This document shows positions 14,463-22,731 of a DNA stretch of 32,000 nt, one piece after another. Numbering within the stretch: the stretch's first letter is position 1; each line of letters starts with the position of its first letter. The translations under genes and the position numbers were made by a program. Source of the stretch: Candidatus Iainarchaeum sp. (GTDB lineage Archaea; Iainarchaeota; Iainarchaeia; Iainarchaeales; VGJJ01). The notes under the pieces were generated by a model. It did no database searches. It saw only the letters and a list, made by a program, of their open reading frames with translations, and was not told the DNA's origin. The stretch covers positions 1 through 32,000 of the forward strand of contig JAUYHT010000006.1 in NCBI GenBank assembly GCA_030688545.1, given 5' to 3'.

Positions 14463-14747
14463 TCACGCCGTGGCCAGTTCGGCTTTCTTCATGCGCTTGG
14501 GGATGACGTAGTATTTCTTCATCTTGCATACCCCGCATTCGGCCAGGAAAACGGGTTTTTTGGTCTGCTTCTTGACGGGGATGACGAACTTGGCTTTTCC
14601 CCCATAGCCCTTTTTGTGCTTGCGGATATTCCGCCGTTGACCAATGGCCATAACCCGAGGAGAACCTGATTTGAAGGCCTTGAGCTTATGGTCAGAATGG
14701 GCATTGCATTTCTTGCAGTAGAGCTTCTTGGAGCGAGGAATCTTCAT
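14463..14747 (-). CDS. rpl44e: 50S ribosomal protein L44e (eL42)
   Basis: From M77 of the tracked ORF: MKIPRSKKLYCKKCNAHSDHKLKAFKSG...GQRRNIRKHKKGYGGKAKF...KKQTKKPVFLAECGVCKMKK. This has the CxxC...CxxC zinc ribbon and the GYGG and TKK motifs of L44e. The 76-aa upstream extension is Pro-rich junk overlapping the divergent gene. Confidence 0.9.
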   Translation of the reverse strand: MKIPRSKKLYCKKCNAHSDHKLKAFKSGSPRVMAIGQRRNIRKHKKGYGGKAKFVIPVKKQTKKPVFLAECGVCKMKKYYVIPKRMKKAELATA

Positions 14748-14925
14748 AAGTAAAACCGGTATCTCAAAAGTCGTCCAAGAAACCCTTAAAAAGAGAGGCC
14801 AAATGGGGCAGTGGGGGAATGGGGAGAAAGAAGGATTATTTGGGGGTGGGGAAATAGGAAAAATCGGAGGTTCGCTTATATACGACGCGGGGGTAGGAGA
14901 TAGGGGTAAGGGAGGATCCATTCGC

Positions 14926-15690
14926 ATGCTCGTGTCGCTGGGAGGGGGGGTAACATTTCTCCTTAGGAATCCCATCCTCTACATTGGAACGGTCTTCCTA
15001 TTGCTAATTCAAGGGGGAGTACTCCTGATCGCCGAGCCGTTTATCCAACCCCTCCTGGATTTGGGGACGCTAGACATCCTTTTCACCCACCCCCTGAATG
15101 GAATTATTGTCTTACTCGCTTTACTGATTAATGCGAGCATTGCAGTGTTCATCGTGGCCTGGGTGGCCCAGAGGATGCATCATCCTTCCTCCCAAGGATT
15201 AATAGGAAAGGCCGTGCAGGGTGCGCTCGTGATGGGATTGGCAGTAGGGGCGTGGGCGTTCATCCTATTAGGATTGGCATCGGGATCGTTGAGTGATAAT
15301 AGTCTCATTTCTTTGGTGAGCCTGGTGGCAGGAATAGTATGGATGGCCCTGGGTATTTTTGCCGTGGTTAAATGGATGTTTGTTTTTTCTTTTTTGGGAA
15401 CAGGTTCCTCATTGAAGGAAGCCCTGGCGCAATCGTGGCATTACACCCAGGGGAGGTGGATAACGACGCTTATTCTTGGATTGGTTTTAGTCGTGATCGG
15501 GGCCCTATTTGGAGGGATTACTGAAATTCTCGCACTCGCTTTTGAAAATGATATTTTGATCCAAATCGCCATCGCCGCGGGGGTGCAAGCCATCCCCACG
15601 GTATATGGCGCCGCCGTCCTCGCGCAGGCCATGCGCCTCTACACATGGCCCGCCGAGAAGCATTTTGCTAACCATGGGAAGAAGGGGTAG
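14926..15690 (+). CDS. polytopic membrane protein (about 6-7 TM)
   Basis: From ATG 14926 (M67 of the tracked ORF) the sequence is continuously hydrophobic-helical. The stop at 15688-15690 lies 3 nt before the ATG of the SMC/Rad50-like gene. Confidence 0.65.
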   Translation: MLVSLGGGVTFLLRNPILYIGTVFLLLIQGGVLLIAEPFIQPLLDLGTLDILFTHPLNGIIVLLALLINASIAVFIVAWVAQRMHHPSSQGLIGKAVQGALVMGLAVGAWAFILLGLASGSLSDNSLISLVSLVAGIVWMALGIFAVVKWMFVFSFLGTGSSLKEALAQSWHYTQGRWITTLILGLVLVVIGALFGGITEILALAFENDILIQIAIAAGVQAIPTVYGAAVLAQAMRLYTWPAEKHFANHGKKG

Positions 15691-15693
15691 GGT

Positions 15694-18012
15694 ATGCGTC
15701 TCGCCCGATTACGATTGAAGAATTTCAAATCATTCAAACAAGCCACCCTTCCCTTTGCCAATGGGTTCACGGCCATCGCGGGGGCCAATGGTAGCGGGAA
15801 GAGCAACATCATGGATGCCCTCCTCTTCGTTTTAGGAGAAACGAGCTTGAAATCCTTGCGCGCGTCCCGGTTAACAGATTTGGTGCTTACAGGTTCCCCG
15901 GATGGGTATGCGGTGGTAAACTTAACCTTGGAGGGGAAGGAAAGGAATTATGAGATTTCGCGCACCGTGGACAAGCATGGGAAATCCGTGTACCGGATGG
16001 ATGAGAAGCGCGTCACATTGGGAGAAGTCCAAAATCTCCTGGGAGAATTGGGATTGCGCGTGGATGGCCATAATCTCGTGGGGCAGGGAGATTTGTTGCG
16101 GGTCATTGACATGAATGATTATCAGCGCCGGGAAATGATTGATGAGATTGCGGGACTGCAGGAATTTGAGGAGAAGAAAAATGAGGCGTTGAAAGACCTG
16201 GATAAGGTGGAGCGTAAGATCAAGGATGTGGCTATTGTCCTCAATGAACGCATGGCGATCATCCAACAGCTCGCCAGAGAAAGGGAGGTGGCGCAACGAT
16301 TCACGGCCTTGGAGGACGAATTGAAAAAATCAAAAGCCACTATTCTTCATCTGGAAGAAAAGGAATTATCCGCGCGTCTCCAGGTCCTCGTGGAAAGTCA
16401 GGTCGAATTAATAGGGAAGAAAGAAACCGCACGGGAATCCCAGATGAAGAGTTTGTCGGAGGTTAAACAGTTAGAAGAGGCCTTTTCGGGTTTGGACAAA
16501 CAGGTCATTGGAATCAAGACGCAGGCATTTGCGGGAGATGAAAGGAGTGTGGAGAAGGTTGAGGCCGATATCCGGGTGAATGAGGAGCGAATTTCCCAAT
16601 GCAAGAAACGGTTGGAGGAGTTGGCCCACCAGCGCGTGGAATGGCAATTGGATCTCACGGAATGGGAGAGACTATCCCAGAAATATCCGGCTATTGATGA
16701 GGAAAAAAGGAAGATTGGAAATGAAATGGGTCAGCTTGAAAAGGGTATAGTTGAGCGTGGAGGGATGGCTTATGCCCACCTTCATAGTATTCAGGAATTG
16801 AAGAAGGCCAAATCCAATTGCCCGGTATGCGCCCGGGAGCTCAGCGCCAAAATCAAAACCAAATTGCTTGCGGAGAAGGAAACATTGCACCAGGAGGCGC
16901 AGACCCAAACGAATGCGTTGAAATTAGAGCGTGACCGTTTGAGGAAGAAATGGGAAGAGGTACAAGGTGAAGCGGTTCTCCTCACCCAATTGGCCAAGAG
17001 CGATGAAAAAGTGAAACAGCTCAACACGGATGAACAGCGGGTCGAGAAAGCCTTGAAAGGATGGGTTAGAATAACCCCCCAGTTAGAGAAGGAAAGGGAC
17101 GCCGCCGCCAAGAGACAAGCCTCTTTCGTGAAAGAGAATGAAGCCCTCCTGGGGAAGCGGGACAAAATAGGGGAGCGTCTCCATTCAGAGAGAGAGAAAG
17201 AGCGGGCCTTCCAGGAAAAAGTCATCCGATTGGATGCGCAGCTCTCCGAGATCAAGATTGAGCAATCCAAATTCGACACGAGGTTGCAGGACGTGAAAGA
17301 GGAGATGCGGAATTACCAAGGCATTCCTCCCCTGGAAGGGGGGGATGGCCCCACCCTCAAGAAACGCGTGCCGGTAATCGAACATGAAATGCGGCAATTG
17401 GGCACCGTCAATCTCAAATCGCTCGAGGACTTCGGCCACTATGAGAAAGAGGTCATGGAGATCAAGCGGCGTTCGGATACCTTGGATGAGGAAAGGATGG
17501 CAGTCCTTGACCTAATCCAAGGGATTGAAACTAATCGTACGGCGGCGTTCATGATGTGCTTTGATGCCATCAATGCCCATTTCAACCGGTTGTATGAGAG
17601 TTTCTTTGATGGAACCGCGCGATTAAGCCTGTCTAATCCTGAGAAACCATTAGAGTCCGGCCTCCTCATTGAAGCCATGCACGGGGAGGATAAACGGATG
17701 AAGGCCATCGATTCCATGTCGGGAGGAGAGAAGTCATTGACCTCCCTGGCGTTCATTTTTGCCATCCAATTGTATGAGCCCGCGCCCTTCTATTTCTTTG
17801 ATGAGGTGGATGCCGCGTTGGACATGACTAACTCAAAGAAAGTGGGGCATTTGATAAAAGAGATGTCCAAGGCCTCCCAATTCATCGCCATCACCCACAA
17901 TGATGCGGTGGTGAAAGTGGCCGATCAGATTTTGGGAGTCGCCAAGCGCAACACCGCCTCTACTGTGATCGGGTTGAAATCGGCGGCGGAAGCACGAACT
18001 TTGGAAGCGTGA
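15694..18012 (+). CDS. short SMC-family ATPase with Rad50-type CxxC zinc hook
   Basis: N-terminal FTAIAGANGSGKSNIMDALLFVLGETSLKSLRASRLTDLV and VGQGDLLRVIDMNDYQRREMIDEIAGL are SMC-like. The C-terminal signature MSGGEKSLTSLAFIFAIQLYEPAPFYFFDEVDAALD and QFIAITHN are also SMC-like. Heptad-rich arms. AKSNCPVCARELS sits at residues 372-384 of 772 (CPVC = 16819-16830), where a hinge domain would be expected. Confidence 0.85.
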   Translation: MRLARLRLKNFKSFKQATLPFANGFTAIAGANGSGKSNIMDALLFVLGETSLKSLRASRLTDLVLTGSPDGYAVVNLTLEGKERNYEISRTVDKHGKSVYRMDEKRVTLGEVQNLLGELGLRVDGHNLVGQGDLLRVIDMNDYQRREMIDEIAGLQEFEEKKNEALKDLDKVERKIKDVAIVLNERMAIIQQLAREREVAQRFTALEDELKKSKATILHLEEKELSARLQVLVESQVELIGKKETARESQMKSLSEVKQLEEAFSGLDKQVIGIKTQAFAGDERSVEKVEADIRVNEERISQCKKRLEELAHQRVEWQLDLTEWERLSQKYPAIDEEKRKIGNEMGQLEKGIVERGGMAYAHLHSIQELKKAKSNCPVCARELSAKIKTKLLAEKETLHQEAQTQTNALKLERDRLRKKWEEVQGEAVLLTQLAKSDEKVKQLNTDEQRVEKALKGWVRITPQLEKERDAAAKRQASFVKENEALLGKRDKIGERLHSEREKERAFQEKVIRLDAQLSEIKIEQSKFDTRLQDVKEEMRNYQGIPPLEGGDGPTLKKRVPVIEHEMRQLGTVNLKSLEDFGHYEKEVMEIKRRSDTLDEERMAVLDLIQGIETNRTAAFMMCFDAINAHFNRLYESFFDGTARLSLSNPEKPLESGLLIEAMHGEDKRMKAIDSMSGGEKSLTSLAFIFAIQLYEPAPFYFFDEVDAALDMTNSKKVGHLIKEMSKASQFIAITHNDAVVKVADQILGVAKRNTASTVIGLKSAAEARTLEA

Positions 18013-18063
18013 CTTCTTTCAAAAGAAAAATACTTATCCTACTTGACGCGAAAAATCCTTTTC

Positions 18064-18816
18064 CTATTTTAGGCGCAATTTCTTCAAATCATCCAAAGCG
18101 GATTGGGCGTCATCCACGTGCTTTTTGGGCGCGTGTGACGGTTTAGAAGGAGTGCCCAGCAGGACCTCGAGGGCAGCCCTTTCTTTCCGCCATTCGGCCT
18201 CCGCGGCCTCGTCCCCTGATAGGGGTTGAGCGGTTCGACGATTCGACTTTGCTAAGGAAGTATGCGTCTTGGAATGTGTGTGAGTGGGAGTAATTATTGG
18301 GGAATGAGAATGAGTGTGGGAGGTGATGAACAAATGGCGGAAATACCAGATCCAGGCCATCGTTATAATGAATTGGATGAGGTAGGCGATTTCCTCATAG
18401 GGGAGTTCCCCAGGAAGCAGGCAACACGTGGAGAGTATCGCGGTGGGATCCCCAAAGTGCACGCGAAACTGAGTAGGATGGCGGAGAAGAATAAGATGAA
18501 CGATTTCATGCCCAATGCCCCCCACCAGTATACCTGAAAGTGCCACCGCGATAAACCCGCGCAGGGCGAATGGAAGGTCATCCTTCCCCGAGTGATGGGG
18601 TAATGTGGTGCGGAGGATGAGGGCCGCCACTAAAACGATGGCGAGGAGGGCGAGATAGAGTACGGGGGTCTGCTTGAGCCCCCCCTCCGGGTCGACGAAG
18701 GCGAATATGTCATTCTGGAGTAAGGAAAAGAGAATGGCGATGGCAAAGAGGAGAAAGAAAGCCAACCCCATATAGAGCCACGTGCGCCGCATGGCACGAA
18801 AAATGGGATGGAGCAT
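18064..18816 (-). CDS. membrane protein with HExxH motif and His/Thr-rich tail
   Basis: Start chosen at M59 (18816) so as not to overlap the divergent DHH gene. TM helices. GGIGHEIVHLILL lies within a helix. SHTHSHSPIITPTHTHSKTHT tract. Confidence 0.55.
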   Translation of the reverse strand: MLHPIFRAMRRTWLYMGLAFFLLFAIAILFSLLQNDIFAFVDPEGGLKQTPVLYLALLAIVLVAALILRTTLPHHSGKDDLPFALRGFIAVALSGILVGGIGHEIVHLILLRHPTQFRVHFGDPTAILSTCCLLPGELPYEEIAYLIQFIITMAWIWYFRHLFITSHTHSHSPIITPTHTHSKTHTSLAKSNRRTAQPLSGDEAAEAEWRKERAALEVLLGTPSKPSHAPKKHVDDAQSALDDLKKLRLK

Positions 18817-18868
18817 ATAAAACCGTCTTTGGCGGAATGGTCTCCCAAGGATTAAAAGAACGCGGGAT

Positions 18869-20335
18869 ATGATTCGTCTCATGGACCTCTCCCCCCAATC
18901 GGCATGGACCGAGCGGGTGCGCGCCTTCGAGGAACGCATGGCGGGAGCATCTGAACGGTTAAAATTATTGGATAAGGCTGTAGTGTGCACCCATCACGAT
19001 TGTGATGGGATGACAAGCGGGGGGATCATGACCCAAGCCCTGCGTCGGGCGGGGGTTAAAGTGGACACCATCACCCTCAAACAATTGTATTCGGAGGACA
19101 TCGCGCGCCTGGCGCATTTCAAATCCACCATTGTTTTCACGGATTTCGGCTCGGGATACATCCCCCTGCTCCAGAAGGAAATGCCCCAGCCATTCTATAT
19201 TTTGGACCATCATCAGAAGGGGGAGGGGGATTTCGAGGGCCATTTGAATCCCATGCAGTTCGGTTTGGATGGCGGCACGGAGATTTCAGCCGCGGGCATC
19301 GCGTATTGGGTGGCCAAGGGGATGGACCCCAAAAACAAGGATTTATCTTCGATAGGAGTCGTGGGAGCCGTGGGGGATATGCAGGATGCCCGCACCTATG
19401 GGTTGCAGGGGATGAATGCCGTGATGCTTCAGGAAGGCGTGGCGCAGGGCGTGCTCGATGTGAAAAAGGATCTGCGGTTATATGGTCGAATTTCAAGACC
19501 CTTGGTTCAATACATCAGCTTCTGCACCAATCCTATTTTGCCTTCCCTCACAGCGAACCCAGAGAATAGTTTGCGCTTCCTTCAGTCTTTGGGAATCCCA
19601 TTGCAGACGCGGGAAGGGAAATGGCGATCGTATGAGGAATTAGACCCGGACGAAAAAAAAACATTGTCCACGGCGCTCATATTACATCTCCATGAGCATA
19701 AGGCGCCCCCCTGGAAATTGGATGAGCTGGTGGGGGAAGTGTATACTTTAGTCAAGGAAAATGAGAAATCCCCCCTCCGGGACGCCAAAGAATTTTCAAC
19801 AGTATTGAATGCTTGTGGACGAAATGGCCAATCCACTATTGGTTTTGAGGTGTGCATGGGGGATAGGGAGGACTACTATGCGCGCGCCATGGGATTGCTG
19901 CAGGAGCACCGCCGCAATCTCGCGGAGGGCATCCGGTTGATGCAGGAGGAAGGGTTGAAGACGCATGCCCATTTCTATTTCTTCGATGCGGAACAGCGGA
20001 TCAAGGATACAATCGTGGGAATCGTGGCGGGCATGCTGTATGGATCAGGAACCGTGCCCACGGATAAACCCATCGTGGCCTTCGCGCGCCATACGGATGG
20101 AAGCATTAAAGTGAGCGCCCGGGCGACAAGCGAACTGGTAAGGGGTGGAGTCAATTTGGGTTTGGCGCTGAGGGAGACGTGTTTGGAAATAGGAAAGTCG
20201 GCAGAGGGGGGCGGTCACAAAATTGCTGCTGGATGTCGAATAGAAGCGGATCAAGCCGAGGCCTTCCTGAAGGCCTTTGATACCAAATTGGGGCAGCAAA
20301 TGGATGGGAACATAAAATCATTAAAAACGGGTTAG
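18869..20335 (+). CDS. archaeal RecJ/GAN-like DHH-DHHA1 phosphoesterase (ssDNA exonuclease family)
   Basis: Motifs VVCTHHDCDGMTSG, VFTDFGSG, ILDHHQ, GAVGDMQD, and DHHA1 GGGHKIAAG. The alternative start ATG 18881 has attaaaag 23-30 nt upstream. Confidence 0.85.
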   Translation: MIRLMDLSPQSAWTERVRAFEERMAGASERLKLLDKAVVCTHHDCDGMTSGGIMTQALRRAGVKVDTITLKQLYSEDIARLAHFKSTIVFTDFGSGYIPLLQKEMPQPFYILDHHQKGEGDFEGHLNPMQFGLDGGTEISAAGIAYWVAKGMDPKNKDLSSIGVVGAVGDMQDARTYGLQGMNAVMLQEGVAQGVLDVKKDLRLYGRISRPLVQYISFCTNPILPSLTANPENSLRFLQSLGIPLQTREGKWRSYEELDPDEKKTLSTALILHLHEHKAPPWKLDELVGEVYTLVKENEKSPLRDAKEFSTVLNACGRNGQSTIGFEVCMGDREDYYARAMGLLQEHRRNLAEGIRLMQEEGLKTHAHFYFFDAEQRIKDTIVGIVAGMLYGSGTVPTDKPIVAFARHTDGSIKVSARATSELVRGGVNLGLALRETCLEIGKSAEGGGHKIAAGCRIEADQAEAFLKAFDTKLGQQMDGNIKSLKTG

Positions 20336-20349
20336 TCCTCAATATAGGA

Positions 20350-20901
20350 ATGGCAACCCGAAAAACAATCATTTCAATGACCGTCATCCTTTTTTCATTG
20401 GTACTAATTGGTTCCATTTTCTCCATTAACGCATGGGCACAACCCGCATCCACCATTCCCCAGGATTTATCCCCTTATTTCGACGCGGAAGGTGAGGCGA
20501 CGGCGCTCACCCAATCATTCTATGGTGAGGCTAGTGAAGTTTTGCAGCAGCTTCCAGAGCCCACAAAAAGTATCTTTGGAAACCAGCAGATGCGCGTGGA
20601 AGTAGCGCGAGGGGATGGAACCACCCAAGTTTTTGGCATCACCACCTCTTCCGAGCGGGTGCAGCGTATCACGTCTTTCCCCCCCTCGAACCCTACTCTC
20701 GTGGTTAAGACAGATGAGGCTACGCTTCAAGGAATTGTAACGAGTGAGGATCCCGTTCAGGAGTTTTCCCAAGGGGTAGTGGGAAAAAAGATAACGTATA
20801 CCTCCACCGATGCCGGGACCAATGCCAATTTGTTTGTCCTGGATATTTTCGCCTGGCTCAAGATCATCGTCGATGCCTTTGCCCACTTTTTGGGAATATA
20901 G
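20350..20901 (+). CDS. secreted hypothetical protein
   Basis: Signal-peptide-like MATRKTIISMTVILFSLVLIGSIFSINAWAQP. 14 nt after the DHH gene stop. No motif I can name confidently. Confidence 0.6.
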   Translation: MATRKTIISMTVILFSLVLIGSIFSINAWAQPASTIPQDLSPYFDAEGEATALTQSFYGEASEVLQQLPEPTKSIFGNQQMRVEVARGDGTTQVFGITTSSERVQRITSFPPSNPTLVVKTDEATLQGIVTSEDPVQEFSQGVVGKKITYTSTDAGTNANLFVLDIFAWLKIIVDAFAHFLGI

Positions 20902-21040
20902 GATTCGAATTTATTGGAAAATGAACCTTCATCAAAACAACCACCCATATTTTGCAAAATCCACTTCTTTTTTTAGCTAACCACCGAATACCAAAAAATA
21001 GCAAAACACCCTTTATGGGCAAAGCCGGTCCGGGCAGAAT

Positions 21041-21048
21041 ATTTATAA
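21041..21048 (+). promoter_or_regulatory. TATA box for the sulfatase gene
   Basis: atttataa lies 24-31 nt upstream of ATG 21072. Confidence 0.4.
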
Positions 21049-21071
21049 CCCCTCATACACCCTTTCCCTGT

Positions 21072-22622
21072 ATGCGTAGGTTCCTCCCCCCTCATATTCG
21101 AAACAATTTGCTGGTTGTTTTTGGGATTCTGTTTCTTTTGGCTGCCTTCTCGGGCTTGTTTCTGCCACCGGTAGAAAAGGTGCACGCGGCCCCTTATGAG
21201 CGGGGGTCGGTCTCCAAACAAGACCCTTCGAGACCCAACATTATTTTTATCCGCACGGACGACCAGGACTACAACTCTATTTTCACCCGATTGCCAAACT
21301 CCAATAAATACATCATGCAGAATCTACATAATCAGATCATAAGTAAGGGGGTCTTTTTCACCAATTCCTATGTGGAATTCTCCCTCTGCTGCCCTTCGCG
21401 CGTTACCACGCTCACGGGGTTGTATTCCAAGAATCACGGGGTGCTGGGAAACAAGCTGCCATATGGGGGGTATCATAAATTTACCAACACCCATAATACG
21501 CTCCCCGTCTGGCTGCGGAACGCGGGCTATTACACGATTCTGGTGGGAAAGTACCTCAACGATACGAACGTTTACGACCCTCCCCCTCCGGGGTGGAATC
21601 GAACGTATTTAACGGATGGGGAAGCAATGCATAAGTACTATAATTACAAGGTCATGGAGGACGGCACCACCCTGCATTCGTTCGGCCAGGCGCCGGGGGA
21701 CTACAAGACGGATGTCTTGACCAACAGGGCGGTGCAGTATCTGGCGGACAAAGAATACGGATCCTCCCCCTTCTTTCTGCAGATTGATTATACCGCCCCC
21801 CATGCGAGTCCCGAGGTATTTGGCAACACCATTCCAGCCCCTCGTCATGCGGGAGCAATGGATGGAGCACCCTTTCCTCTCTCTCCATCCTTTAATGAGG
21901 CGGATGTTTCGGACAAGCCCGCGGCCGTTCGATCCCTCCCATTGATTGGGCCGGTGCAACAGGATGCCATCATCACGCGCTATAAAAAGCGGCAGGAAAC
22001 GCTCATGGCCGTGGATGAGGGGATTGGGCGCATTATTCGGAAGCTGAAGCAGACGGGGCAATACGACAAAACCATCATCGTCTTTGCCAGTGACAATGGA
22101 TGGATGCAGGGGGAACATCGCATTGAGAAGGGAAAGCAGGTGGCCTATCAAGCCGCGGGACGCGTGCCGCTGGCTATTATGGGACCCGGCATCCCTCAAA
22201 ACGTAACCATCCATTCGCTGGTGAATAACGTGGACTATGTGCCCACCTTCCTTGAATGGGCAAACGCCACCTCCACGCTCGTGCCGGAGGGGCGTTCGCT
22301 GGTTCCATTAATGCAGAATCCCAATATTCCCTGGAGAACCGACTTCCTGATCGAGAACCCCTATTTGGACTTCTATTCGGGACTGCGTACGCGGGACGCG
22401 AGTACGGGAGAAGAGTACAAGTACGTGGAGTATGATTACGACTTGGACGGTAATGCGGATGAATTTGAACTTTATGCCCTTACCCCCAATGCGTGTTCGC
22501 CGATTGGAGACCCGTATGAGTTGGAGAGTCAGCACAACAACCCATGCTATGCACCCCTCCTTCAGAATCTCCACAATGTGCTCATGCAGCGCTTGGCATG
22601 CGTGGGAAGCACCTGCAGATAG
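21072..22622 (+). CDS. formylglycine-dependent sulfatase (arylsulfatase / N-acetylglucosamine-6-sulfatase-like)
   Basis: From ATG 21072: signal anchor LLVVFGILFLLAAFSGLF. PNIIFIRTDDQD metal site. CCPSRVTTLTG (C-x-P-x-R formylglycine motif). The TTG start at 20952 in the ORF track adds an unlikely leader. Confidence 0.9.
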   Translation: MRRFLPPHIRNNLLVVFGILFLLAAFSGLFLPPVEKVHAAPYERGSVSKQDPSRPNIIFIRTDDQDYNSIFTRLPNSNKYIMQNLHNQIISKGVFFTNSYVEFSLCCPSRVTTLTGLYSKNHGVLGNKLPYGGYHKFTNTHNTLPVWLRNAGYYTILVGKYLNDTNVYDPPPPGWNRTYLTDGEAMHKYYNYKVMEDGTTLHSFGQAPGDYKTDVLTNRAVQYLADKEYGSSPFFLQIDYTAPHASPEVFGNTIPAPRHAGAMDGAPFPLSPSFNEADVSDKPAAVRSLPLIGPVQQDAIITRYKKRQETLMAVDEGIGRIIRKLKQTGQYDKTIIVFASDNGWMQGEHRIEKGKQVAYQAAGRVPLAIMGPGIPQNVTIHSLVNNVDYVPTFLEWANATSTLVPEGRSLVPLMQNPNIPWRTDFLIENPYLDFYSGLRTRDASTGEEYKYVEYDYDLDGNADEFELYALTPNACSPIGDPYELESQHNNPCYAPLLQNLHNVLMQRLACVGSTCR

Positions 22623-22623
22623 C

Positions 22624-22646
22624 CAACCTTTTTCCCAAAAAGTTTG
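22624..22646. terminator. hairpin between the convergent sulfatase and ispE genes
   Basis: CAACCTTTTT-CCC-AAAAAGTTTG: 10-bp stem with one mismatch and T/A runs on both strands, starting 2 nt after the sulfatase stop. Confidence 0.35.
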
Positions 22647-22731
22647 AGCGGCTCCACATGGAGGGGCTGCAAGCGGCACCCTATGGAGAATTTATCCAAG
22701 TAGTATGCTCAAAACTCCCTTTCTCCAATGG

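Noticed and set aside
14748-14975. 76-aa N-terminal extension of the L44e ORF and the 66-aa extension (14728-14925) of the divergent membrane ORF
   Set aside because: The two extensions overlap each other on opposite strands and are Pro- or Gly-rich translations of G-tract DNA. The conserved L44e sequence begins at M77 (14747), and the hydrophobic protein begins at 14926.
16791-17279. 162-aa minus-strand ORF and other antisense ORFs within the SMC-like gene
   Set aside because: They are antisense to the AAG/GAG-rich coiled-coil coding sequence and have low-complexity Ser/Phe-rich products.
20952-21071. TTG-initiated 40-aa extension of the sulfatase
   Set aside because: The extension contains the TATA box (21041-21048). 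ATG 21072 is followed directly by a signal anchor.
21609-22214. 201-aa minus-strand ORF inside the sulfatase gene
   Set aside because: No motifs, and it is antisense to a frame with clear sulfatase signatures.
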